Origin: Candidatus Woesearchaeota archaeon
GTDB lineage: Archaea; Nanobdellota; Nanobdellia; Woesearchaeales; GW2011-AR9
Assembly (NCBI GenBank): GCA_018302605.1
Contig: JAGVZN010000019.1
Coordinates: 29,803 to 93,802 of the forward strand
Length of the DNA: 64,000 nucleotides
Reading direction: 5' to 3'
This document shows positions 47,996 to 57,713 of the stretch, piece after piece. Under the pieces are notes generated by a model. It was not told where the DNA came from. It made no database searches and saw only the letters and a program-made list of their open reading frames with translations. The position numbers and the translations under genes are program-made. Positions within the stretch are counted from its first letter, which is position 1; the number at the start of each line of letters is the position of its first letter.

Positions 47996-49089
47996 CGTTG
48001 GGATAACTCCAAGAATACGTTTCCGATCAAATTGATATCCTGTTGCGTGACCGCGGGATGAACGGGTAAGGAGAGGACTTCTCTCGCAATTTTTTCTGTG
48101 AACGGAAAAGACAAGTGTTGATGAGAAGAATACGCTTCCTGGCGATGGATGGGGATGGGATAGAACACAGCACTGCCGATGCCGCGTGTCTGCAACTCTT
48201 CGATCAAGCGATCCCGTTTCAGAGAAAAATCTTCCGTGATGCGGATGGTATACTGATGAAACACATGACCATCAGTGACGGAAGGAGTGATAATCCCATT
48301 AATAGTTGAGAGTCTAGCAGTTAATTGTTTCGCATTCTCTCTTCGTGCCGTAGTAAATCGTCCCAATTTCTTTAGTTGTTCTAATCCGATAGCCGCGGCA
48401 AGATCAGTCATTCGATAATTATATCCTAATGAAGAATGAACATATTTTCGCTCCGAACCATGAGAGATTATTTTTCTTAATTTCACTGCTAATGCATTAT
48501 CATCAGTTGTAATCATCCCACCTTCACCAGTTGTCATATTTTTTGTACCATAAAACGAGAAACAGCCGATGCCAAAGGAACCAACTTTCTGCCCATTCCA
48601 CTCGGCACCATGCGCTTGACAGGCATCCTCTACAACGTGAAGGTGATGTTTTTCCGCGATCGCCATGATCATATCGATCTCTACAGGCAAACCAAACAAA
48701 TGCACCGGCATGATTGCTTTTGTCTGTGGTGTAATCTTTGCTTCAATCAAATGAGGGTCAATATTCATCGTCGTTTTATCAACATCAACAAATACCGGCA
48801 TCGCCCCACACATCTTGATCACATTCGCCGTTGCGATAAATGAAAAAGGTGAAGTAATGACTTCATCTCCTGCACCGATACCTAGCCCCACGAGCACAGC
48901 ATGCAATGCTGTCGTCCCATTCGATGTTGCAATCGCGTGTTTCACACCAATAAAATCAGCAAAGGCCTTTTCAAATGCCGCTACTTTCTCCCCTTGAGCG
49001 AGCATCCCTGAAGAAAGAACCTCCAAAACCGCTCTCTTTTCCTCTTCACCGATCAGCGGTTTTGCTATCGGAATCGTCATGGAAACCAT
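47992..49089 (-). CDS. DegT-family sugar 3-aminotransferase (WbpE-like)
   Basis: AIATSNGTTALHAVLVGLGIGAGDEVITSPFSFIATAN; 365 aa. Confidence 0.8.
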   Translation of the reverse strand: MVSMTIPIAKPLIGEEEKRAVLEVLSSGMLAQGEKVAAFEKAFADFIGVKHAIATSNGTTALHAVLVGLGIGAGDEVITSPFSFIATANVIKMCGAMPVFVDVDKTTMNIDPHLIEAKITPQTKAIMPVHLFGLPVEIDMIMAIAEKHHLHVVEDACQAHGAEWNGQKVGSFGIGCFSFYGTKNMTTGEGGMITTDDNALAVKLRKIISHGSERKYVHSSLGYNYRMTDLAAAIGLEQLKKLGRFTTARRENAKQLTARLSTINGIITPSVTDGHVFHQYTIRITEDFSLKRDRLIEELQTRGIGSAVFYPIPIHRQEAYSSHQHLSFPFTEKIAREVLSLPVHPAVTQQDINLIGNVFLELSQR

Positions 49090-49129
49090 TGAGAAAATGG
49101 GTCAAAATTTGTTTATAAAGTTTAAGGAA

Positions 49130-50785
49130 CTAAAGTTTAGTATCATCACTAAAAGAACATCGCGGGCAATTATCTCCTGCCCTCTTACCTTCCTCCAACT
49201 TCTTTCCACAATAACAGACATAACCATTCTTTCGTGCCGGATTGCCATACACCAAGCCGAAGTCCGGAACATCTTTAGTTACAACAGAACCGGCACCTAC
49301 TAGAGCAAACCGGCCGATGGTCACGTCAGGCAGCACAACGACGCGTGCGCCGAGAGAAGCTCCTTCCTTAGCAAGAATTTTCCCTTCCGTCCAATCGCTG
49401 TCAGTCTTTAATTTACCATCACAACCGATCGCCCGCGGATGTTTATCATTTGTCAACACACAATGTGGACCGATAAACACCCCCTCTTCTAATGTTACGC
49501 CGTGATAGATTGATGAATTATTCTGGATCTTACAATTCTTACCGATGATGACATTTTTATCAACGTAGACGTTTTTTCCGAGAATACAATTGTCTCCGAT
49601 AAGGGCATTCTCACGGATCTGTGAATGGTGCCAGACTTTGACATTGCTCCCTATTTTGGCTTGAGGAGAGACTTCGGCAGTAGGGTGAACTTGAAGTTCT
49701 TTTATTTTTTGTACGATATCTTTACTCGCGCCAAAATAAAATTGGTGGATATTGGCCCTAAGGTATAATAAAGCATCGCCTGCAAAAAAAGAATGGTAAC
49801 ACAAATTGATATTCTCGGTAGTAGTTCTCGCTAAAATATTCTTTCTATCGTTCACTGGTCGCATCCATTCAGTTTCATTACGCGGAATCAGACACGGTTT
49901 GTTTAAACTCACTGCTTCTTCCTGAACTCCCCCAGAATCAGTGATACAGAATTTACATGACAAAAGCAAAGCTAAGAAATTAAAATAGGATTGTGGTTCT
50001 ATAACTTTCACATTTTGAGGAAACGTAAATCCAGTTTGATCTAACTTCTTCTTAGTGCGTGGATGAAGAGGGAAAACTAAGTTTTTTTCAATACCGGAGA
50101 TGTGAACTAAAGATCTCATTATTTCCGTAAAGTTTGGTTCTTCAGTGTTCTCTGCTCGATGAATGGTGACCAGCACAAAATTATTTTCCGCCAGGTTCAA
50201 GTCTTGAAGAATAGTTTTATTTGCAAGTATACTATTTCTTTGAACCGTATCATATGCTGTACTTCCACAGGTGAACATTTTCCCAGAAAATTTCCCCTCT
50301 ATTTTCTCTTCATTTTCCAGATTATCTCGAGCATAGACGTCTGGTACCATCAAATAATCAGACAATCTATCAACCTCGATCCGATTAATCTCTTCCGGCA
50401 TCTCCCGATTAAACGACCGACAACCAGCTTCAATATGCATTAACGGGATTTTACTTTTTTTTGCTGCTCGAGCGCCGGCTAGTGTTGAGTTCGTATCACC
50501 TTGGACAATAACTAAATCTGGTCTTTCTTGATCGAGAAGTCTTTCAATCTTCTCTTGCACCAATGCCAACTGTTCCTCTCGTGGATGAGACCCGATGTTT
50601 AACATAAAGTATGGTTCTGGTAATTTCAATTCTTCAAAGAAGATTTTATCCATATTATAATCATAATGTTGTCCCGTATGGATAATCTTGTTCTCAAAGA
50701 AAGAGTCTTGTTCCAACAGATCGATTACCGGAGACAATTTAATGATCTCCGGCCTTGTTCCGAGAATAGTAATTATTTTCATCAA
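49130..50785 (-). CDS. fusion: UDP-N-acetylglucosamine 2-epimerase (WecB-like) + left-handed beta-helix acetyltransferase (WbpD/WbbJ-like) + C-terminal zinc ribbon
   Basis: N-terminal MKIITILGTRPEIIKLSPVIDLL; C-terminal hexapeptide repeats IGDNCILGKNVYVDKNVIIGKNCKIQNNSSIYHGV; terminal CYCGKK...CPRCSF. Confidence 0.8.
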   Translation of the reverse strand: MMKIITILGTRPEIIKLSPVIDLLEQDSFFENKIIHTGQHYDYNMDKIFFEELKLPEPYFMLNIGSHPREEQLALVQEKIERLLDQERPDLVIVQGDTNSTLAGARAAKKSKIPLMHIEAGCRSFNREMPEEINRIEVDRLSDYLMVPDVYARDNLENEEKIEGKFSGKMFTCGSTAYDTVQRNSILANKTILQDLNLAENNFVLVTIHRAENTEEPNFTEIMRSLVHISGIEKNLVFPLHPRTKKKLDQTGFTFPQNVKVIEPQSYFNFLALLLSCKFCITDSGGVQEEAVSLNKPCLIPRNETEWMRPVNDRKNILARTTTENINLCYHSFFAGDALLYLRANIHQFYFGASKDIVQKIKELQVHPTAEVSPQAKIGSNVKVWHHSQIRENALIGDNCILGKNVYVDKNVIIGKNCKIQNNSSIYHGVTLEEGVFIGPHCVLTNDKHPRAIGCDGKLKTDSDWTEGKILAKEGASLGARVVVLPDVTIGRFALVGAGSVVTKDVPDFGLVYGNPARKNGYVCYCGKKLEEGKRAGDNCPRCSFSDDTKL

Positions 50786-50828
50786 GAAGAGAGGAAAAAC
50801 TGCCTTTTTATGCTTTATGGGCTTGAAA

Positions 50829-50858
50829 CCCTATTCGTACCACCCCTATTCGTACCAC
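50829..50858. repeat. 15-bp perfect tandem direct repeat x2 (ccctattcgtaccac) in intra-operon gap
   Basis: Read directly: ccctattcgtaccac at 50829-50843 and again at 50844-50858, between the GT2 gene and the epimerase/acetyltransferase gene. Confidence 0.6.
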
Positions 50859-50876
50859 TCTAACTTCAAACGATAG

Positions 50877-51620
50877 CTATTTTTTCCTCAAAAGATGCAA
50901 TCTTCTGGCTACTGATCTTGGCGTTATCAACAATAAATACCTAGCATGACTCCTCATTACTCGCAATAGACGAATCTTGGAAACACCATATTCCCGCACG
51001 TGCAATACAGCCGGATATTCGCGAATTGTATGACCCGCTGCATGAGCATTTACCAGCACTTCTGCTGTCGCTAAAAAATCAGGAGAATGAAACTGAACAG
51101 ACTTCACGACATCTTTTGTATAGACTCTGAACAGGGCGGTGAATGTGTGGATCTTAATCCCCGTAACCAAACGATATAATAAAGTAATTCCCTTGCTGAG
51201 AAAAAGACGATATCCAGGGACATTCTCCACACCACCCCGTGGATGATAAGGAGAAGCAGTAACGATAGATGTACAATCATCAATCAATTTCATCATCTCT
51301 ACTAAACCTTGGGGATCATAGGTACAATCGCTGTCCATCGTCGCCACAAAGTCGCCTGTCGCGGCAGCAAATCCTGTCCGCATTGCCGCCCCAAGATTCT
51401 TGTTTTTCTCATGACAGATAATTTTTGTATCTGGACGAGAGCCAAAATAGTGATTCAACAACTCAAATGTCTTATCTTTACTCCCGTCATCAACAAAAAT
51501 CAATTCTAGCGCAAACTTCTGTCCCAACTCTGTTAAAACAGGAGCAATTTTTGCGGCAAGAGGTGGAATCCCTTCTTCCTCGTTATAACAGGGAATAATT
51601 AGGGAGAATTTTGGATTCAT
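50877..51620 (-). CDS. family 2 glycosyltransferase (polyprenol-phosphate sugar synthase, DPM1/ArnC-like)
   Basis: FSLIIPCYNEEEGI ... FVDDGSKDKT ... MDSDCTYDP. Confidence 0.8.
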   Translation of the reverse strand: MNPKFSLIIPCYNEEEGIPPLAAKIAPVLTELGQKFALELIFVDDGSKDKTFELLNHYFGSRPDTKIICHEKNKNLGAAMRTGFAAATGDFVATMDSDCTYDPQGLVEMMKLIDDCTSIVTASPYHPRGGVENVPGYRLFLSKGITLLYRLVTGIKIHTFTALFRVYTKDVVKSVQFHSPDFLATAEVLVNAHAAGHTIREYPAVLHVREYGVSKIRLLRVMRSHARYLLLITPRSVARRLHLLRKK

Positions 51621-53356
51621 TTTTTGGGTTTTAAAACTGCAAACATATTAGTATAAAACGGAAAGTTGTACTTGAAATTTTTTATTTCCGCTTTATCACC
51701 GATAATATCCATAAACATTTTCTTATCAAAAACATGGAGATGGCCAGGTGCTAAACCGATGTTCAGACCACCTAATAATGTTCCTAGACCCAGAGAGTGC
51801 AACATTCTTTTAAGGAAAAGAACTACTTTTTCATTAGGAACATTAATCACAATTTCTCCGCCAGGCTTAACAATGCGGTACAGCTCATTAAAGCCTTTCT
51901 GGGGAGAGGGAAGATGTTCCAAGACGTGAGAACTGATTGCTATATCCACACAATTATCGGGAAGATTAACCTGCTGGGCATCAGACTGAATAAAGTGTGC
52001 TTTATCAGAATTTATCTTTTTTCTTGCTACTGTTAGTAACTCTTCATCGATATCAACACAATAAATCTTCGAGCACTCTTTGACTAACTTTTGAGCATTA
52101 TAACCTTCCTCGCAACCAACATCTGCAATCACTTTCCCGGATGGCTGACGAACTAATCGTAAGATCATACTGCGACGTTGTTTCTCCTCTAGACGAATAA
52201 AAGGGTTCCTATTCTTCTCAAGCAGAGCCATCGAATTAGTCTTATTAAGCTTCTTATTCCAATTTTTGAGCTCTTGCTCGTCTCGAAGACCAAATTCCAT
52301 TATTTTTTTATTTTCATCAAAAGAAGATCGTGAAGCCATGATTCTAAACCCATTTTTTGGTTTTATAAACTTTCTGCAACAAGTATCCAAACCAGATATT
52401 CCTTTTGCTAAAAGTAGGATCACAATCCCGATAAAAGTTAAGAGATAGTACGTCAAAAGACGATCAAAAAGAACACCAGTCGTAAGCTTTGCAAGAGAGA
52501 GGGTGGTGACCGTTTGAAACAAGAACGCCTGTGATGCTTCTGTAACCCCAATTCCACCAGGCACAAAAGTAAATTGACTAAAGAGAATTGATCCACAGAA
52601 AGCAAAAGCAATATCTGCAAAACGAATGGGGAGTTTAATGACATTAAAAATAAAAGAGAGCCGCATCAACTCAAAAAACATCGCCCCAAATGAGCTGATG
52701 AGAATGATAATCAACACCCGCTTTTCCGTAAGCTTAAGTAAACCAACGAGAATACTCCTGTTGAGATTATGTATCTTCTCCGCAAGCACATGATTTTTGA
52801 TGAGCTTGGTAATCACCAATGTAGCAAATTGGTGGATCTTCTTTGGGTAAATAAAGAGTAAGACTATGAGGGATACAAACAGAATTAACAAGAAGTAAAT
52901 CGCCGACTGAAAATAATTCCCAAAATTAACAAATAAGAGGGAACCAAAGAAAAACAGCATCAGAGCAAGAAGGTCAAACAGGCGTTCTAGAAAAATAAGA
53001 GGAAGAGACTGAGAAACTCTAACACCATATTTCTCTTTAAGCAAGAGTGGCTTGGAGATCTCACCAACTCTCCCCACAGTGAAACTACCCGTCGCAAACC
53101 CAACAATAAAAGAGTAAAACGAGAACTTCCAGGGGAGTGTTATCCCTAGAGTCTCTTTAACTAAAAACCTCCAGCGGAAAACTCGTAGCCAAACGATGAT
53201 AAAGACAAAAAGAAGAATAGTTGTAAGAGAAGAGAAAGAAAAATAGTCGACGGTTGAAAGAACCAAACCATAATCCAACGTAGCGATCAACTGATAAAGG
53301 ACATAAATCCCAAAGAGAATCAGAAGAAAGTTAAGAATTTTCCGAAGATTAACCAT
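51617..53356 (-). CDS. fusion: polytopic flippase-like (UPF0104/LPG-synthase-TM-like) domain + C-terminal class I SAM methyltransferase
   Basis: About 330 aa with ~8 TM segments, then VIADVGCEEGYNAQKL (motif I) ... IVKPGGEIVINV. Confidence 0.55.
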   Translation of the reverse strand: MVNLRKILNFLLILFGIYVLYQLIATLDYGLVLSTVDYFSFSSLTTILLFVFIIVWLRVFRWRFLVKETLGITLPWKFSFYSFIVGFATGSFTVGRVGEISKPLLLKEKYGVRVSQSLPLIFLERLFDLLALMLFFFGSLLFVNFGNYFQSAIYFLLILFVSLIVLLFIYPKKIHQFATLVITKLIKNHVLAEKIHNLNRSILVGLLKLTEKRVLIIILISSFGAMFFELMRLSFIFNVIKLPIRFADIAFAFCGSILFSQFTFVPGGIGVTEASQAFLFQTVTTLSLAKLTTGVLFDRLLTYYLLTFIGIVILLLAKGISGLDTCCRKFIKPKNGFRIMASRSSFDENKKIMEFGLRDEQELKNWNKKLNKTNSMALLEKNRNPFIRLEEKQRRSMILRLVRQPSGKVIADVGCEEGYNAQKLVKECSKIYCVDIDEELLTVARKKINSDKAHFIQSDAQQVNLPDNCVDIAISSHVLEHLPSPQKGFNELYRIVKPGGEIVINVPNEKVVLFLKRMLHSLGLGTLLGGLNIGLAPGHLHVFDKKMFMDIIGDKAEIKNFKYNFPFYTNMFAVLKPKK

Positions 53357-55217
53357 TTTCTTTTTCTTTCTTAAAGATAAGGATTACGGATAATTTCGAA
53401 AGACCTTTATTGGTAGGAATTTCTCTTTCTACTGTTTTCACTGGTTTGAAACCAAGACTCAAGAAATAATTAATACTTTCCTGGGAGAGAGGATAATACC
53501 AAGAAGGTTGAGTATATTCCCACATATCAACCTCTAGATAAACATCGCTTGTTTTCGAAAGCATTTTAAGATCTTCCTCAAACGCAGTCCTGTTTTCAAG
53601 ATATTTTGTTCCACGAAGATACCAAATCGGCCCTCCCGTAAAAATATCAATAGCGGAATCAGCTTCCCCCAAAGAATGATATTCTCTCTCTGTAAAAGCT
53701 CTGATCATTCGTGGTGAACCGGCAAAGATGGGGATATCATTAGGAACATTTTCTGTTAACCACTGACCCGCCTCGGGATAACCAGTATAGCCATACGATT
53801 TTGCGGTGATAAACGCATTTCCGGTGTTATACTGATGAACAGAAACAAGAATGAGAGTCAGTAAGATCACTACCACTCGAATTTTTGCCCGCACTTTTGT
53901 ATCTCTCATCAGAAGAGAGAGATAATTCGCCGCCTCTTGTATTGCGAAGCTGCTGAATAGGATCAGGATAGGAACCATAAAGAGAAGATGCCGCGCATCA
54001 GGATTGTCCAACCCGACTTCTGAAAATACCCAATAGAAAAAGAACAGAAATGCAGGAAAGTAGAACTGCCTTAACCGGTAGGCGAGGACCAAGAGCAAAC
54101 CGATGACCGCCAAAGGTAGGAGATACCCGGGAAACACAAAAGGAAATAATTTAGTCGTATCCAGACCATAAGGCATTCCTCTAAAATTAACAAAAAGAAG
54201 CAGTGCTCTAAATAATGTTGGTGAACTACTGACAATCTGGGTTAAAACTGCAAACGAGAGAGGAATAGCCCAAGCGTAAAGATAAGGTTTCGAAAAAATA
54301 TTTTTTCTCTCAAAGAAGAGATAATAAATAATGAGGATCATAAAGAAGTGAGCCGCCTGAAACTTCGCAAATAGTGCAAGTATAAAAGAAAAGCCCGTCA
54401 TTACAGACCAGAACTTATTTCTCTTTTTGTTCATCATCACGAAACAATATAATATAAAGATCGTTGCTGTAGCAAGAGTTGGATCACCCAGAAAACGAGT
54501 ATTGAAGAACCAGAATAGATTATGGAAAGCGAGAAGTGTGGCTGCAATCAATCCGAGAGATTTATCTTTAATCTCTGAACCAAGAAGATAAATCAGGAGA
54601 ATCCCCAGCATGCCGAAAAAGAGCGCAGTTAACTTGCTCGTTAGAAATATGTCATGATTAAAAAAATAGAACACTAACGCAGTAAATTGATTAAGAATAT
54701 GGTCTTGGTAATAAAAGTCTTGGGATAAAAGGTATAGAGGTTCACGAGCAGCTTTGACTACGACCCACATATGTACTGCGGAGTCATTCCACAAGCTCTC
54801 TTGCCGAATAAATCTCCAGCGAATAAAGAACCCGATCAAGAAAACCAACGAAAACCCCAGGTTCCAAGGATTCTTAAAAAACGTAATTAGCTTTTGTTTC
54901 CGATCACCACTCGTTTTCCCAGGGGGGGTATGAACTTCGGAGGGATGGGGTGCAGGATGAGATGGAGATCGGAGAGTATCATCTGAGTGGGCTGTTTCAG
55001 AAATAGGAGCAGCAAGAATATCACTTGTGAGATTAAGGTCAGGAGAGGTAAAATCCATCACTTCATCGATATTAGTTTGTGCAACAATAAATCTAGCTGT
55101 CTTTGGATCTTGTTTAGCTATTCCCTCGACTTCTTTTTCCCGTTGAGAAGAACTTTCTTTTTTTTTAGTCTTTCTGATAGCCATAACACCCTCAAAACAT
55201 GATCCCTTCTTCCCCAA
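53349..55217 (-). CDS. GT-C-like polytopic membrane glycosyltransferase with Ser/Pro-rich N-terminal extension
   Basis: 622 aa; ~110-aa hydrophilic N-terminus then at least 11 TM segments, as in ArnT/PMT-type GT-C. The start may be the internal Met at about 55184. Confidence 0.55.
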   Translation of the reverse strand: MGKKGSCFEGVMAIRKTKKKESSSQREKEVEGIAKQDPKTARFIVAQTNIDEVMDFTSPDLNLTSDILAAPISETAHSDDTLRSPSHPAPHPSEVHTPPGKTSGDRKQKLITFFKNPWNLGFSLVFLIGFFIRWRFIRQESLWNDSAVHMWVVVKAAREPLYLLSQDFYYQDHILNQFTALVFYFFNHDIFLTSKLTALFFGMLGILLIYLLGSEIKDKSLGLIAATLLAFHNLFWFFNTRFLGDPTLATATIFILYCFVMMNKKRNKFWSVMTGFSFILALFAKFQAAHFFMILIIYYLFFERKNIFSKPYLYAWAIPLSFAVLTQIVSSSPTLFRALLLFVNFRGMPYGLDTTKLFPFVFPGYLLPLAVIGLLLVLAYRLRQFYFPAFLFFFYWVFSEVGLDNPDARHLLFMVPILILFSSFAIQEAANYLSLLMRDTKVRAKIRVVVILLTLILVSVHQYNTGNAFITAKSYGYTGYPEAGQWLTENVPNDIPIFAGSPRMIRAFTEREYHSLGEADSAIDIFTGGPIWYLRGTKYLENRTAFEEDLKMLSKTSDVYLEVDMWEYTQPSWYYPLSQESINYFLSLGFKPVKTVEREIPTNKGLSKLSVILIFKKEKENG

Positions 55218-55249
55218 CCTTTATAAAATTTGTTGAACCACAAACCCCT

Positions 55250-55738
55250 ATGCCTAAGAAGAAGATGCTGGTGGTCCTGGGTATGGGTGGACACACTTCA
55301 CAGATCCTTCACTTGATTGAAGCATTGGGCGATGCCTATGAATACAAATACATTCTTGGTCACGATGATCACACTTCTGCTGTCAAGATCAAACATGAAG
55401 GAAAGATCCTGACGATGCGTAATCCCCGCCTGATGACAGACCGAAGATTACTAAAAGTCGTATTTAATATGGTACCGGCGACATTCCAAGCTTTTTCCAT
55501 CCTGCGAAAAACAAAGCCTGATGCCATCCTCAGCGCCGGTCCGGCGTTGGCTATCCCGCTCTTCTGGCTGGCTAAAGCACGAGGAATAAGAACGATCTTT
55601 ATCGAATCTTGGGTGCGCGTTCATCATAAGTCATTGACCGGGAAACTGGTGTATCCGGTCAGTGATCTTTTCTTTGTCCAGTGGAAGAGCATGAAGAATA
55701 TCTATCCAAAAGCGGTCTACGCCGGCAGATTATCATGA
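55250..55738 (+). CDS. Alg14-like subunit of split UDP-GlcNAc transferase
   Basis: MLVVLGMGGHTSQILHLIEAL (Alg14 GGHT motif). Start trimmed from 55199 to avoid overlap with the divergent gene. Confidence 0.65.
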   Translation: MPKKKMLVVLGMGGHTSQILHLIEALGDAYEYKYILGHDDHTSAVKIKHEGKILTMRNPRLMTDRRLLKVVFNMVPATFQAFSILRKTKPDAILSAGPALAIPLFWLAKARGIRTIFIESWVRVHHKSLTGKLVYPVSDLFFVQWKSMKNIYPKAVYAGRLS

Positions 55739-56304
55739 GAAGACAACAGTTGGAGAAACAAAAGATGGGAGAATTAAATTCTCAAAAGCAGGAACGAAAG
55801 ACTTCGGAAGCAAAAGAACAAGACGACCAATCTCGACAAAAGAAAATATTGTTTGTGACTGTGGGAAATGGCAAGTTTGATCCGCTCATCCAGGAGATAG
55901 ACCGGCTGAAGAAAGAAGGAAAAATTTCTCACGAGATCATTATCCAGCTCGGCCACGGAACATATCAGCCGCAACACTGCCGCTGGTTCACTTTTGAACC
56001 GCATCTGGAAAAATATTATGAACAGGCCGATCTGATTATCAGCCACGGCGGACCGGGAACGGTCTTTGAGATCCTGCGCCGGAACAAAAAACTGATCGCT
56101 CTTCCTAACCGCGACCGCACTGATCCCCGGCACCAAGTAGAATATCTGGAAGCGATGGCCAAAGAAACGACGTCCCTGCTTTACTGTGACGCAGTAGAAA
56201 AAGTGGGAGATTTTGTAAAAAAAGCAGAGAGTCATCCGTTTGCAACATATCAACCGCCGTCCTCAACCATTCATCTTGTAATTAACCGAGCTTTACAGAA
56301 CTAA
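55735..56304 (+). CDS. Alg13-like (GT28 C-terminal domain) catalytic subunit of split UDP-GlcNAc transferase
   Basis: KKILFVTVGNGKFDPLI ... ISHGGPGTVFEIL. Start ATG at 55735 overlaps the Alg14 stop (ATGA). Confidence 0.65.
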   Translation: MRRQQLEKQKMGELNSQKQERKTSEAKEQDDQSRQKKILFVTVGNGKFDPLIQEIDRLKKEGKISHEIIIQLGHGTYQPQHCRWFTFEPHLEKYYEQADLIISHGGPGTVFEILRRNKKLIALPNRDRTDPRHQVEYLEAMAKETTSLLYCDAVEKVGDFVKKAESHPFATYQPPSSTIHLVINRALQN

Positions 56305-57581
56305 TGATCCATCGCCTCAAGAATTATCTTCAGCAAGGAAAGACTTCTTCTTATCTGATTAAGACTTTCTTGATGTACGGCTTAATCGCCGTAAGCATCA
56401 TCATCACAAAAGTTCTCATCGCTCGTTTTTATGGTCAGGAAGAGTTGGGGTTGTTTTCTTTTTTCTTCGGCCTGGTCAGTCTTGTCTTTTTGTTTACATC
56501 GTTCGGCTGTCCGGAAGCGCTGACTCAAGTCATCGTCAAAAATCCAACAGCTTTCCCCGATGCTGCCAAGAAAGCCGGGAGGCTGATCCTCATCTTTTCG
56601 GTGATTGTGACCATCCCTTTCTTGACTACCAATTTCTTTCTTCCAACAACAGGGTTGAAAATTAATTTTGCGTTATACCTCATGACATACACCTTCTTTT
56701 ATCTCAGCTATTCTTTCTTTCGCGGCCAGAAGCAGTTTGTCACCGGAACAGCGTATTCTTTATTGAACCGTCTGTTGTTTATCGGAGCGATCTTTGCGGG
56801 GGCGTATCTCTCTGCGCCATTTGAGATCGTCTTATCCGGTCTTTCCGTCGCGCTGCTCCTCTCCACGCTTCCAACCCTGCCCGCGCTTCTGCGCTCGTGG
56901 AGAGCAGCTGCAGAAAAAAGCACTATTCCTTTCCGGGAATTCTTGCTCCTCGCTTTTTCATTATTCTTGATGCAAGCGGGATTTTATCTCCTGCGTGAAG
57001 CAGACTTGATCATCATCCCTTATCTCACCGATTTTAAAGAGCTGGGATTATATTCTGCACATTCTTCGTTAAGCAATATCATCCGATTGATCGCCTACGT
57101 CTTTCCTGTCGTTGTCCTGCCTCTGGCGGTGGTCAACAAGTATAAACTGAAACAATCGTTAACGAAGATCCTACTCTTGCTGATTCCTTTCTCAACGATT
57201 ATCTTGGGAGCGACCTATCTGCTTGTTCCCCTGCTTTATGGTCCGGAATATTTCCATGGGACACTGCCGCTGGCTTTGGTTCTTTCTTCCGCGATCATGG
57301 TTGTCTATTCGTATTTTAATTCTGTCTTTGTCGGTGAAAATCGTGTTTCAGGAGCAGTCTTAAAAATCGTCGGACTGGACTTTGTCTTGTCTTTGCTGGT
57401 CAATACGGGGCTGACCATCCTCTTGGTGTGGTCATGGGGCATTATTGGCGCACCGATCGCGACGGCGTTGACAGTATTGCTGAAAATTTGGTTGAATGTC
57501 TACGGGATCAAGAAGCTGCGGCGCGGTAAGGAGAATAATGGGGAATTGGCGGCAGAGAATACAACGCCTGCGGCTCTGTAG
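56304..57581 (+). CDS. Wzx-like oligosaccharide flippase (second copy)
   Basis: 425 aa; ~12 TM segments; N-terminal ...KVLIARFYGQEELGLFSFFFGLVSL typical of Wzx. Confidence 0.65.
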   Translation: MIHRLKNYLQQGKTSSYLIKTFLMYGLIAVSIIITKVLIARFYGQEELGLFSFFFGLVSLVFLFTSFGCPEALTQVIVKNPTAFPDAAKKAGRLILIFSVIVTIPFLTTNFFLPTTGLKINFALYLMTYTFFYLSYSFFRGQKQFVTGTAYSLLNRLLFIGAIFAGAYLSAPFEIVLSGLSVALLLSTLPTLPALLRSWRAAAEKSTIPFREFLLLAFSLFLMQAGFYLLREADLIIIPYLTDFKELGLYSAHSSLSNIIRLIAYVFPVVVLPLAVVNKYKLKQSLTKILLLLIPFSTIILGATYLLVPLLYGPEYFHGTLPLALVLSSAIMVVYSYFNSVFVGENRVSGAVLKIVGLDFVLSLLVNTGLTILLVWSWGIIGAPIATALTVLLKIWLNVYGIKKLRRGKENNGELAAENTTPAAL

Positions 57582-57713
57582 AAAAAGTCGTCCGCCTGGC
57601 CTAAAGATTGACCGTGAGAAGCGATATGCTGGAACAGGTGCGAAAACGATCAGATCAAATGGCCGGTTCTCCTGCACATAATCTTTAAATAAAATCATTC
57701 CTCAATTTCGGAG

